Assembly: GCA_963755675.1 (NCBI GenBank)
Contig: CAVWLK010000068.1
Span: forward strand, 58,626-122,625
Length of the DNA: 64,000 nt
Origin: an uncultured Actinomycetes bacterium
Lineage (GTDB): Bacteria; Actinomycetota; Thermoleophilia; Gaiellales; JAICJC01
Direction of reading: 5' to 3'
Made by a program: the position numbers and the translations under genes. How positions within the stretch are numbered: position 1 is the first letter of the stretch; each line of letters begins with the position of its first letter. The notes beneath the pieces are model-generated. The model saw only the letters and a list, made by a program, of their open reading frames with translations, did not search any database and was not told the origin of the DNA. Below are positions 18,129 to 28,396 of the stretch, one piece after another.

Positions 18129-19239
18129 ATGGCCAGCCAGCGTCAGATCTCGGTCGGCGGCGTCGCGATCGGCGGCGGCGCTCCCGTCGTGATCCAGTCG
18201 ATGGCCACCACCGAGACGTCTGACGCGGCCGCCACGCTGGCCCAGATCGGGCGGCTTGCCGAGGCCGGCTGCGAGCTGGCCAGGGTGGCCGTCCCGGGCC
18301 GGGCTGACGCAGACGCGCTGCCGGCGATCGTCGCCGGCTCGCCACTGCCGGTGATAGCCGACATCCACTTCAACGCCTCCCTGGCGCTTCGCGCCATGGA
18401 CGCCGGCGTTGCGGCCGTGCGCATCAATCCCGGCAACATCGGCGGCGACGACAAGGTCGAGCAGGTCGTGCGGCGCGCGCAGCAGACCGGCACCCCGATG
18501 CGGATCGGCGCCAACTCGGGCTCGCTGCCAGACCACCTACGGCAGTTCGCCACCAACGATCCCGCCGGGCGCCCTGGTCGAGGCCGCGCTCGAGGAGGTG
18601 CGGCTGCTGGAAAGGCTCGACTTCCGCGAGTTCAAGATCTCCGTCAAGTCCTCCTCGGTGCCGGTGATGATCCAGGCCTATCAGCGGCTGTCGCAGAAGG
18701 TTCCCTATCCGCTGCACCTGGGCGTGACCGAGGCCGGTCCTGCATTCACGGGTACGGTCAAGAGCGCGATCGGGATCGGGACGCTGCTCTCACAGGGCGT
18801 GGGCGACACGATGCGCGTCTCGCTGACCGCCGACCCAGTCGAGGAGGTGCGCGTCGCCTGGGAGATCCTGCGGTCGCTCGGCCTGCGCCAGAAGGGGCCG
18901 ATGATGATCGCCTGCCCGTCCTGCGGCCGCACCAACGTCGAGGTGATGGAGCTTGCCGAACAGGTCGAGCAGCGGCTGGCCGGCTACGACGAGGTGTTCG
19001 AGGTGGCGGTGATGGGCTGTGCCGTGAACGGTCCGGGTGAGGCCGGCGACGCGGACTTCGGTATCGCCGGCGGGCGGGACGCGGGCTTCATCTACGCCCA
19101 CGGCCAGGTGCTGCGCAAGGTGCCTCAGAGCGAGCTGGTGGAGCAGCTCTTCCTCGAGATCGATGCCTGGATCGGAGCGGGGATGGTGCGGCCGGAGCGG
19201 CGCACGCGCAAGCACGTCCTGCCGATGGCGACGATCTAG
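18129..19239 (+). CDS. ispG: 4-hydroxy-3-methylbut-2-en-1-yl diphosphate synthase (apparent frameshift at ~18568)
   Basis: IQSMATT, ADIHF, RINPGNIG, RIGANSGSL / ISVKSS, YPLHLGVTEAG, GDTMRVSL, CPSCGR, MGCAVNGPGEA. Confidence 0.95.
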
Positions 19240-19406
19240 ATGGTTGATTCCATATCCATCGCGGCGCAGGATCGGGCCCAGGACACGCTGGACGGCACGA
19301 TCGCTCTTGCCCAGGGCTTCCCCAGCCTGCGCTGCGAGCGCTCCCGCCGCCCAACGCGCCCTGTTCTCCGCCCTGCATTCACGCTGGATATGGAATCAAC
19401 CATCTA
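19237..19406 (+). repeat. palindromic MITE/REPIN-like element, copy 2 (full length, 170 nt)
   Basis: Perfect 22 bp terminal inverted repeat TAGATGGTTGATTCCATATCCA / TGGATATGGAATCAACCATCTA. Confidence 0.92.
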
Positions 19407-19544
19407 ACGGTTCTCGCGATCGTCCAGGTAGCGTGCGAAGCGGGCGTGCTTGTCGAGGTAGGCGCGCATCTCGCGGAAGCCGTAGTCGACCCACTCGCCG
19501 ATGAAGCGGTCGTCGATCTCCGTGGTGTTGGCCGTATGATCCAT
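19404..19544 (-). CDS. small hypothetical protein (46 aa)
   Basis: MDHTANTTEIDDRFIGEWVDYGFREMRAYLDKHARFARYLDDRENR; AAGGGGTG SD upstream; GC3-rich codons. Confidence 0.65.
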   Translation of the reverse strand: MDHTANTTEIDDRFIGEWVDYGFREMRAYLDKHARFARYLDDRENR

Positions 19545-19661
19545 CCCGATCACCCCTTCGCTCGTTGACGATGGGAGAGAATCGACGAACCCGCGTCGTC
19601 CTGCCATCACCGGCTTGCGGTATTCGACTCCCGCTCTTGGGTAGCTCATTAGACTAGGGCG

Positions 19662-19877
19662 ATGAAAGCGCGCAGAGCACTTATCAGCTACGTCAGCTTC
19701 TGGCTCGGCCGGCGGATCGTCGAGCGGATCATCCACCGGCAGGTCAAGCGCAAGGTCATTGCGTTTCTGGAGCCTCCGAAGCAGTCCAGGCTGCGTCGCA
19801 GGCTGCCGCTGGTGGGCGGCGCCGTCGCACTCGCGGCCGCTGCCGCGGCTGTGGTGTTGGCCCGGCAGCGCACATAG
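19662..19877 (+). CDS. small basic protein with C-terminal membrane anchor
   Basis: 71 aa, Arg-rich, ends LPLVGGAVALAAAAAAVVLARQRT; TAGACT 6 nt before ATG. Confidence 0.6.
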   Translation: MKARRALISYVSFWLGRRIVERIIHRQVKRKVIAFLEPPKQSRLRRRLPLVGGAVALAAAAAAVVLARQRT

Positions 19878-19919
19878 GCATCTGGCTCCGTCACCCCTGA
19901 TCGTTACACTGGCTCGGCC

Positions 19920-22900
19920 GTGACCGAAGCCTCGCCGTACGTCCACCTCCACGTCCACAGCGAGTACTCGATCCTCGACGGGGCATGCCGGATCGCTCCG
20001 CTCGTCGCCCGCGCGGCAGACCTCGGCATGCCCGCGATCGGGCTCACCGACCACGGCTCGATGGCGGGAGCGGTGGAGCTGACGCGGGTCGCCCAAGGCG
20101 GGCCTAAGTCCGGTGCTGGGCTGCGAGGTGTATCTGGTGGACGATCACGCCGCACGGCCGCTGCGTGAGAAGCGGGCCCACCTGACCCTGCTGGCCGAGA
20201 CCACGGAGGGCTACCACAACCTGATCCGGCTTGTCTCCAGTGGCTACCTGGACGGGTACTGGTACAAGCCGCGCGTCGACTTCGACCAGCTCTCGTCGCA
20301 CGCCGACGGCATCATCGCACTGTCCGGCTGCCTGTCCGGACGTGTCTGCAAGGCGCTGATCGAGGACGATCCCAGGGCGGCCCGGGAGGAGCTCGACCGG
20401 CTCGTCCAGATCTTCGGGCGCGATGACACGTATGTCGAGATCCAGGACGGCGGCATCGACGTCCAGACGCGGATCCTCCCGGCGTTGATGGAGCTGGCCC
20501 GTGACGCCGGGCTGCCGATGGTCGGCACCGGCGACGTCCACTATCTCACTCGCGACGACGCCATCCCGCACGAGGCGCTGCTCTGCATCCAGACGCAGGA
20601 CACGCTCGACAACCCCGACCGTTTCCGGTTCTCCAACCACGAGTTCTATCTGAAGACGCCGCAGGAGATGTATGCGCTGATGGCCGGGCGATTCGGCGAG
20701 GAGACGCTGCGGCGCACGGCCGAGATCGCCGAGCGCTGCAACGCCGAGGTCGGGCTGGGCGCGATGCACCTGCCGCGATTCGACGTGCCCGAGGGCATCA
20801 CGGCGGTCCGCTACCTGCGGCAGTTGGCCGAACAGGGCCTGCGCGAGCGCTACGACGCCGAGACGCCCGAGCTGCGCTCGCGGCTCGAGTTCGAGCTGAA
20901 GACGATCGAGGAGATGGGCTTCGCCGACTACTTCCTGATCGTCTGGGACTTCATCCGCTTCGCGCGTGAGGACGGGGTCGCGGTCGGCCCGGGCCGAGGC
21001 TCGGCGGCCGGCTCGCTGGTCGCCTACTGCCTGCGCATCACCGACCTCGACCCGATGCGCTACTCGCTGCTGTTCGAGCGCTTTCTCAACCCGGGCCGCA
21101 AGAGCATGCCCGACATCGACATCGACTTCGCGGTGGCCGGCCGCGAGCGCGTGATCAACTACGTGGCGGAGAAGTACGGCCGGCGCAACGTCGCCCAGAT
21201 CATCACCTTCGGCAAGATGCAGCCCAAGGCCGCGATCAAGGACGCCGGGCGGGTGATGGGCATCGCCTACGGACAGGTCGACCGGATCGCGAAGCTGGTG
21301 CCGGACGGGCCCAAGGTCTCGTTCGACGAGTGCATGAAGCCCGGCGCCGAGCTGCGGAAGAGCTACGACAGCGACGAGACGACCCGCTCGATCGTGGACA
21401 TGGCGCGTCCGCTGGAAGGAGTGGTGCGAAACGACTCCATCCACGCCGCCGCGGTCGTGATCGGCGACCGGCCGCTGACGGAGTACCTGCCGCTGCAGCA
21501 GAAGGGCAGCGATTCCGAGATCGTGACGCAGTTCTCGATGGGAGACGTCGAGGAGCTGGGACTGCTCAAGATGGACTTCCTCGGCCTGCGCAACCTGGAT
21601 GTGATCGACCGGGCCGTCGAGCTGATCGGGCAGTCGAACGGCGGCGCGCCGGCGATGGACGAGCTGCCGCTGGACGACGAAGCCACCTACGCGATGTTGG
21701 CCCGCGGCGACGCCACCGGCGTCTTCCAGTTCGAGTCGAGCGGCATGCGCGAGGCGCTCCGCCAGGTGAGGCCGACGCGGTTCGAGGACCTGGTCGCCCT
21801 GGTCGCGCTCTACCGGCCCGGGCCGATGCAGAACATCCCGAAGTTCGCCGCGCGCAGGAACGGACGCGAGCCGGTCACGTATCCGGACGCGCGCCTGGAG
21901 GAGATCCTCTCCGAGACGGCGGGCGTGACGATCTATCAGGAGCAGTCGATGCTGATTGCTCGCGAGCTCGCCGGCTTCAGCCCGGCCGAAGCCGATGATC
22001 TGCGCAAGGCGATCGGCAAGAAGATCCGCTCGCTAATGGACTCGCTTAAGGACAAGTTCATCGACGGTTGCCTCGCCAATGGCATCTCACAGCAGGTGGC
22101 CCTGCAACTGTGGGACGACAACGAGCGGAGCCGGATTACGCCTTCAACAAGGCCCACGCAGCCTGCTACGCGCTGATCGCCTACCGCACCGCCTGGTTGA
22201 AGGCCAACCACCCGGCCGAGTACATGGCGGCCCTGATCTCGTCGGTGATGTCCACCAAGGACCGGGTGCCGTTCTACGTCGCGGAGTGCGAGTCGATGGG
22301 CATCGAGGTGCTGCCGCCGGACGTCAACTCCAGCCAGTCCGACTTCGCCGTGGTGGACGGCCGCATCCGCTTCGGACTGACCGCCGTCAAGCGGGTCGGA
22401 GAGGGGGCGGTGCGCGCGATCGTGGCCGCCCGCGAGCAGTCGCCGTTCACCTCGATCTGGGATTTCTGCGAGCGGGTGGACGCATCGGCGCTGAACAAGG
22501 GCATGCTCGAGAGCCTCGTCTGCTGCGGTGCGCTGGACTCGACCGGCGCCACTCGGCGCGCGATGATGGAGGTGCTCGAGCCGGCGCTTGCCTCAGGCGT
22601 GAAGCAGCAGTCCGACACGATGATGGGTCACATGTCGATCTTCGACATCGCCGGCGACGACGACGGTGCCGGTGCGCTGGCGGTTCGCAGCCACCCCGCC
22701 GTGGTCGGCGAGGAGTGGCCGAGGGCCGAGCTGCTGGCGCGCGAGAAGGAGGCGCTGGGACTGTTCGTGTCCAGCCACCCGCTGGCCGATGTCCGGGATC
22801 AGCTGTCTCGCCGCTCCGACGTGCCGCTCTCGGCGGCCGAGTCGCTGCGTGATGGCCAGGTCGTCACGGTGGGCGGGCTGGTGACGGGCGTGAAGCCGTT

Positions 22901-23344
22901 CGTCACCCGTAAGGGAGACACGATGGCCTTCGCCGAGCTGGACGACACCACCGGCTCGATCGAGGTGGTGGTGTTCGCCAACACGCTGGCCGCCGTGCGC
23001 CACTTCCTGGTGCCGGACGCGGTCGTGATGGTGAAGGGCCGCGCCGACCGCAAGAACGAGGGCGAGGTGAAGCTGGTGGCGCTCGAGATCACCGTCTTCG
23101 AGGCCACAGCCGACTTCGGTGTCGTTCGACTGAGGCTGGACGCCCGCGAGACGCCGGCCGCGATCATCCAGGAGCTGAAGTCGCTGATCGGCGAGTTCCC
23201 CGGCGACGCGCCGGTCGTGCTCGAGGTGCAGACCAGCGACGGGCCGAAGACGCTCCGCTTCGGCCCGAGTTCAAGGTGCGACCGGACGGCGACTTCTTCG
23301 CCGAGGCCAAGGCGTTGCTTGGCGACGCCGCCTTGATCGCGTAG
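19920..23344 (+). CDS. dnaE: DNA polymerase III alpha subunit (apparent frameshifts at ~20095-20110, ~22132, ~23266)
   Basis: PHP domain [17 protein letters not shown]; [35 protein letters not shown] fold; C-terminus [19 protein letters not shown] ends at TAG 23342-23344. Confidence 0.95.
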
Positions 23345-23356
23345 AGCCACGCAAGA

Positions 23357-25150
23357 CTAGGGGTCGGTAATCTCCCGCTCCGCCTGATCGACCATCCGCT
23401 CCAGCTCGAGCAGGCCCTCGTCCCAGATGCCGGGATCGTTGAGATCCACACCCAGCGGCGCCAGTAGCTCGGCTGGGCTGGCCGAGCCGCCACGGTCGAG
23501 GAACTCCAGGTAGCGGCCCGCGAACGCATCGGGATCGTCGCGGCGCCGTGACATCAGCACCAGCGCCACCAGGCAGGCGAAGGAGTAGGAGTACATGTAG
23601 AAGCGGTACAGCAGGAAGTGGGGGAAGATCGCCCAGGCCGAGGCATTCGGCTCACCGGCAACGCTGTCGGCCAACCCCAGGCGCATCCGTCCCGACCAGA
23701 TCGCGTCCAGCCGCTCCGGTGTAAGCGTCACCCCGGTGCGCTTGACGGCGTACATCTCGCGCTCGAACTCGGCTGCCACAGCGACCTCGAAGACGCAGCC
23801 TACGGCGGTCTCGATCGCGGATCCGATCAGCGCCGCCCGCGCGCCGGGTGCGGTCGCTCGCGCTCGCATGCCGTCGCAGAGCAGCAGCTCCGCCAGCGTC
23901 GAGGGCACCTCGGCCACGCCCATCGTGGGCAGGGCGACGTGGACGCTCTGGGCGGGGAAGCAGCGGTCGAAGTGCAGGCCATGGCCGAGCTCGTGCGCCA
24001 TCACCTGGACGTCGAACAGGCGCCCCGTGTGGTTCAGCAACACGAAGCTCCGAACGCGATCGTCGACCTCGTTGCAGAATGCGCCTCCCATCTTGCCGGG
24101 GCGCGGTGACGCGTCCACCCGGCCCTCGGCGAAGACCGCGGCCACCGTGTCACCGGCTTCGGCTGACAGCTCCCGGAAGCACTCGGTGACGACTGCCACG
24201 GCCTCGTCATAGCCGACCTCGGGGGGCGTTCCGACCGGGGCGTGGCGATCGCTGATGCTCAGCACCGGCACAGCTAGATGTGCGGCCTTGACGCGCATCC
24301 ATCGCCGCCAGAGGTCGCCGCGCCGCTCGATCGTCGACAGCATCGACTCGATCGACGCGGGCTCGAGCTGGTTGTCGAGGTGGGCGGGGAGCATCGCGTC
24401 GTCGTAGCCACGCAGGCGGTCCATCGCAAGCCGGTCGCCGACCACGGCGTCGAGGCAGCGGGCCGCCGTTGGTGCCAGCTGCTGCGCTTGGTCCACAAGG
24501 CGGTCGTACGCCGTCCGGCGAACGTCGGGGTGGGCATCGGTCTGCGCCGCGGTCAGGTCGCTGAACGTCTGCTCGCGTTCGCCGTCGCCCAGGTCGCAGG
24601 ACACGGTCATGGACGACGAGACATCGTTCCAAAACCGCCACCATGCCAGCTCGGCAGAGGCCGTTCGCGCGGCGATTGCGCGCTCCTCGCCGCTGCTCAA
24701 CGTGTGCGGGCCAAACCGCCGCGAGGCGATCAGGAAGTGGCGATCCCGCGCCAGCAGCTCGTCGTCCGCCAGAGCAGCGGCGGCCGGGTCAGGCAGCGCC
24801 AGCCACGCAAGGTCGAAGCCGCGCAGCGCATCGTCGACGTCCGGGAGCCGCTGCTCGATCAGCGACGCCAGGTCGGCGGCGGCCGCGTCGCGCGAGTCCT
24901 CGGCCAATCTCAGCTCCGCGTAGACGCGCAGCCGCCGCACCCGGTGCTTGAGCCTTCCCAGCTCCTCGAGCAGCGCTGCCAGCTGCGGCGCGGTGACCAT
25001 CGTCAGGTCGGGCAACCGGCCGGCGACCGCAGTGCTGTCGGCGACCAGCTGCTCCAGCTCGCGCGCCGCCGCGTCGTCATCCGCATACAGCGCCGACAGA
25101 TCCCATCGGGCGTCGATCCCTGCCGTCGATTCTGTTCCGGTCGCGCTCAC
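23357..25150 (-). CDS. pepF: M3B oligoendopeptidase F
   Basis: WDLSALY N-terminus, PRPGKMGGAFC, AHELGHGLH, AEVPSTLAE, HF...FYMYSYSF. Confidence 0.9.
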   Translation of the reverse strand: MSATGTESTAGIDARWDLSALYADDDAAARELEQLVADSTAVAGRLPDLTMVTAPQLAALLEELGRLKHRVRRLRVYAELRLAEDSRDAAAADLASLIEQRLPDVDDALRGFDLAWLALPDPAAAALADDELLARDRHFLIASRRFGPHTLSSGEERAIAARTASAELAWWRFWNDVSSSMTVSCDLGDGEREQTFSDLTAAQTDAHPDVRRTAYDRLVDQAQQLAPTAARCLDAVVGDRLAMDRLRGYDDAMLPAHLDNQLEPASIESMLSTIERRGDLWRRWMRVKAAHLAVPVLSISDRHAPVGTPPEVGYDEAVAVVTECFRELSAEAGDTVAAVFAEGRVDASPRPGKMGGAFCNEVDDRVRSFVLLNHTGRLFDVQVMAHELGHGLHFDRCFPAQSVHVALPTMGVAEVPSTLAELLLCDGMRARATAPGARAALIGSAIETAVGCVFEVAVAAEFEREMYAVKRTGVTLTPERLDAIWSGRMRLGLADSVAGEPNASAWAIFPHFLLYRFYMYSYSFACLVALVLMSRRRDDPDAFAGRYLEFLDRGGSASPAELLAPLGVDLNDPGIWDEGLLELERMVDQAEREITDP

Positions 25151-25247
25151 GGCCGGATTGTGCCAGGGCGGGCAAGCCGTCATCAACCCTGTGAAGGGCG
25201 ATTGACCGTTTCCGCCGCCATCCGCCTGGCCACCTAGAATGGCGCGA

Positions 25248-26016
25248 ATGATCCTTGCCGACCTCGAGCTCGACCTTGACGTCTTCCAGGGGCCGTTCGA
25301 CCTGCTGCTCGCACTGGTGCTGCGCGAGGAGGTCGAGCTGGCCGAGGTGCCGATCGCCGAGATCGTCGTGGCCTACGTCGGCCGCGCCTACGACCAGGGT
25401 GAGCTCGACCTCGAGTCGGCCAGCGAGTTCCTGGTGCTGGTCGCGGCCCTGCTCGAGATCAAGGTGCGCCTGCTGTTCCCGGGCGAGCTCGACGAGCTGG
25501 ATGAGTTGTCGCCCGAGCAGGCCGAGGCCGAGCTGTTCCAGCGCCTGATCGAGTACCGCCGTTTCCAGGGCGCGGCAGGATGGCTTCGCGAACGTGCCGC
25601 AGCAGGAACTGCGGGTCTTCCGCGACGGTCCGGCGCCGCTCGCGCCGCGTCCCGAGCCGCCGGTGGTCGAGTTCAGCGAAGATCCCTGGCAGCTGGCGGC
25701 CGCCATCGAACGTCTGCTGGTCCCACCGCCGCACATCGACGTCTCGTCCGTGCGGAGGCCACTGGTTCCGGTCGAGAAGTTCCTCGACCACTTTCGGACG
25801 ATCCTCGCGACCCGTCGCGGCTTCCAATTCGACGAGGCGGTTCGTGGCCTCGATCGGCTGTCGCAGGCGGCGGCGTTCTTGGCGCTGCTTGAGATGGTCA
25901 AGCGCGGGGAGGTTGCGGCCGAGCAGCAGGAGCTGTTCGCCCCGATCGCGGTCACCGGGCGTGGCGCCGGCGAATCCGCTCGCGACGACGTCGAGTCCGA
26001 ACGGGCGATCGCGTGA
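25248..26016 (+). CDS. scpA: segregation/condensation protein A (apparent frameshift at ~25600)
   Basis: FQGPFDLLLALV, ASEFLVLVAALLEIKVRLL / FLALLEMVK...QQELFAPI. Confidence 0.92.
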
Positions 26017-26594
26017 GCGAGCTGACGCATTCTGTCGAGGCGCTGCTGTTCGTCGCCTCCCAGCCGCTCTCGCTGAAGGAGCTGGCGTCGCTCACCGACG
26101 CCCCTCCGGAGCGGATCGAGCGGGCGCTGGACGCGCTCGGCGACCGTTACGGTGAGGGTCGCTCGGGGGTCGTCCTGGAACAGGCCGCCGGCGGCTGGGG
26201 CTTCCGCGCCTCCCGCGAGACGGCCGAGGTTTGCGCCAGGCTCGTCAACCGGCCGAGTGCGAAGGGCATCAGCCAGGCGGCGCTCGAGACGCTCGCGATC
26301 ATCGCGTACCTGCAGCCGGTGTCGCGACCGGAGATCGCCCGCATGCGCGGCGTCGGCGCCGATTCGGCAGTGTCCGGATTGCTCGAGCGCGGGCTGATCG
26401 AGGAGGCCGGTCGGGCCGACTCACCCGGCTCGCCGGTGGTCTACCGGGTCACCAACGCGTTCCAGCGCGTGTTCGGCATCGACGACCAGCAGGGACTGCC
26501 CGAGCTCTCGGACTTCGAGCTGACCGAAGACGATCACCAGGCGCTTCGCGCCCGCCTGCACCTGGTCGCCGACCAGCGTGCCGGTCAGGCTTAA
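26013..26594 (+). CDS. scpB: segregation/condensation protein B
   Basis: VEALLFVA, AGGWGF, SQAALETLAIIAYLQPVSRPEI...RGV. Confidence 0.95.
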   Translation: MSELTHSVEALLFVASQPLSLKELASLTDAPPERIERALDALGDRYGEGRSGVVLEQAAGGWGFRASRETAEVCARLVNRPSAKGISQAALETLAIIAYLQPVSRPEIARMRGVGADSAVSGLLERGLIEEAGRADSPGSPVVYRVTNAFQRVFGIDDQQGLPELSDFELTEDDHQALRARLHLVADQRAGQA

Positions 26595-27267
26595 CAGGTT
26601 CCTGGCCTCCACCGGGCTGGGCTCCCGACGCGCGGTCGAGGAGCTGATCCGGGCCGGACGGGTGACCGTGAACGGCGAGGTGGCCGGGCTGTCGGCGAAG
26701 GTATCAGCCGGTGACGACGTCCGCGTCGACGGGCGGCAGGTGTCGGCCGAGGCCACCACGTGCCTGCTCCTCAACAAGCCGGCCGGCGTGGTGACGACGG
26801 CGGCCGACACCCATGGCCGGCGCACCGTGCTCGACCTGGTGGATTCGCCGCTGCGACTGTTCCCCGTCGGCCGGCTCGACCTGGAGACGACCGGGGCGCT
26901 GCTGTTGACCAACGACGGTGATCTGGCGCACCGCCTGATGCACCCGCGTCACGGCGTCGAGAAGACGTACCTGGCGCGGGTGCGCGGGCACCCCGATCAG
27001 GGCGTCCTCGAGCAGCTCAGCGCCGGCGTCTCGCTGGAGGACGGCGTGACCGCTCCCGCCGTGGTCGCGCTGCCGGCCGCCGACACGATCGAGCTCACCA
27101 TCCACGAGGGACGAAACCGCCAGGTGCGGCGGATGTGCGAGGCGGTCGGCCACCCGGTGGTGCAGCTGCACCGATCGCACTACGCGGGGCTGGGGCTTGG
27201 TGATCTACAGCCGGGGGAGTGGCGGGAGCTGACATCCGAGGAGCTCTCGGGTCTGTCTTCGGCCTGA
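26578..27267 (+). CDS. rluB: RsuA/RluB-family pseudouridine synthase
   Basis: RLNRFLA...SRR, LNKPAGV, FPVGRLD, LLTNDG, IHEGRNRQVRRM. Confidence 0.92.
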   Translation: MPVRLNRFLASTGLGSRRAVEELIRAGRVTVNGEVAGLSAKVSAGDDVRVDGRQVSAEATTCLLLNKPAGVVTTAADTHGRRTVLDLVDSPLRLFPVGRLDLETTGALLLTNDGDLAHRLMHPRHGVEKTYLARVRGHPDQGVLEQLSAGVSLEDGVTAPAVVALPAADTIELTIHEGRNRQVRRMCEAVGHPVVQLHRSHYAGLGLGDLQPGEWRELTSEELSGLSSA

Positions 27268-27283
27268 CCGTAGTGCTCGTCAC

Positions 27284-27312
27284 TTGACAGGCTCCGTCGC
27301 GGTGTGAATACT
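27284..27312 (+). promoter_or_regulatory. orphan sigma-A type promoter
   Basis: Consensus TTGACA (27284-27289), 17 nt spacer, AATACT (27307-27312); no + strand gene downstream. Confidence 0.55.
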
Positions 27313-27317
27313 GCTGC

Positions 27318-27400
27318 TAACACTTTCCTTACAACTGGAAGGTCGGAGGAGACAGAAACGGGCGGCTCCGGGCGCGGCCACCAAAGGCCGCGCCCGCTGC
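27318..27400 (+). ncRNA. candidate ~80 nt small RNA
   Basis: AT-rich 5' hairpin ACTTTCC/GGAAGGT, CGGAG/CTCCG stem, then 11 bp terminal hairpin; directly downstream of the orphan promoter. Confidence 0.4.
27369..27396. terminator. hairpin terminator between convergent rluB and trpS
   Basis: CGGGCGCGGCC-ACCAAA-GGCCGCGCCCG, 11 bp perfect stem. Confidence 0.75.
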
Positions 27401-27402
27401 CA

Positions 27403-28383
27403 TCACCCGGCGAATCCCATTAGGCGGCGCATCTCGGCCAGCGTCTCGCTCGACACCGACCGAGCCCGCTCGGCGCCGGCATCCAGGATCGACCGCAGGG
27501 CGGCCTCGTCCGCCCGCAGCTCGAGATAGCGCTCGCGCACCGGCCGCAGCATCTCGACCACGGCCTCGGCCACGTCCGCCTTGAAGTCGCCGTAGCCCTT
27601 GCCCTCGTACGCTGCCTCGATCTCGTCGTCGCTCTGCCCGCTCGCGATCGAGAGCAGCTCGATCAGGTTGGCGATGCCGTCCTTGTCCGGGCCCCGCCGC
27701 ACCTCACGGCCGGAGTCGGTGACCGCAGCGCGGATCTTGGAGGCCACCACCTCAGGCGGATCGAGCAGCAGCACGGTGCCCTGCGGCGTGCCGCCGGTGG
27801 TGGACATCTTGCTGGTCGGCAGCTGGAGGTCCATCACACGGCCGCCGCTGGACGGGATCGCCGCTTCCGGCAGCGGAAACAGCTCCCCGAACCGGTGGTT
27901 GAACCGCTGCGCGATGTTTCGGGCCAGCTCGAGGTGCTGGCGCTGGTCGTCGCCCACCGGCACGCGGTCAGCGCGGTAGAGCAGGATGTCCGCCGCCTGC
28001 AGCACCGGGTAGGTGAAAAGATCGATCGAGACCGAGTCCTGGCCGTGGCTCTTCTCCTTGAACTGCGTCATCCGCCGCAGCTCGCCCATCGTCGCCACGG
28101 CCCCCAGCAGCCAGGCGCCAATGGCGTGTGCATCGACGTCGCTCTGGATGAATAGCGTGCAGCGGGACGGCTCGAGGCCGGCCGCCAGCAGCGTGGCCGC
28201 GGTGTCGAGCGTGTTTTCGGACAGCTCCGCCGGCTCGTACGGCACCGAGATCGAGTGCAGGTCGACGATGCAGTAGAACGCCTCGCCGAGATCCTGGTCG
28301 GTGACGTAGTGGCGGATGGCGCCGATGTAGTTGCCGAGGTGCTTGGTGCCGGTCGGCTGGATGCCCGAGAAGACTCGCGTCAT
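27403..28383 (-). CDS. trpS: tryptophanyl-tRNA synthetase
   Basis: FSGIQPTG..HLGNYIGA, YPVLQAADIL, VPVGDDQRQHLELAR, KMSTT. Confidence 0.96.
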   Translation of the reverse strand: MTRVFSGIQPTGTKHLGNYIGAIRHYVTDQDLGEAFYCIVDLHSISVPYEPAELSENTLDTAATLLAAGLEPSRCTLFIQSDVDAHAIGAWLLGAVATMGELRRMTQFKEKSHGQDSVSIDLFTYPVLQAADILLYRADRVPVGDDQRQHLELARNIAQRFNHRFGELFPLPEAAIPSSGGRVMDLQLPTSKMSTTGGTPQGTVLLLDPPEVVASKIRAAVTDSGREVRRGPDKDGIANLIELLSIASGQSDDEIEAAYEGKGYGDFKADVAEAVVEMLRPVRERYLELRADEAALRSILDAGAERARSVSSETLAEMRRLMGFAG

Positions 28384-28396
28384 GGGTCCGAGAATT

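Noticed and set aside
19240-19407. 55 aa peptides encoded on both strands of the repeat element (MVDSI...MESTI)
   Set aside because: The ATG and stop come from the inverted repeat itself, stop-free stretches are expected at this GC, and copy 1 breaks the frame.
19920-23344. Programmed frameshifting, split gene or intein in dnaE
   Set aside because: No slippery heptamer or intein motifs; total length is normal, and similar indels occur across unrelated genes.
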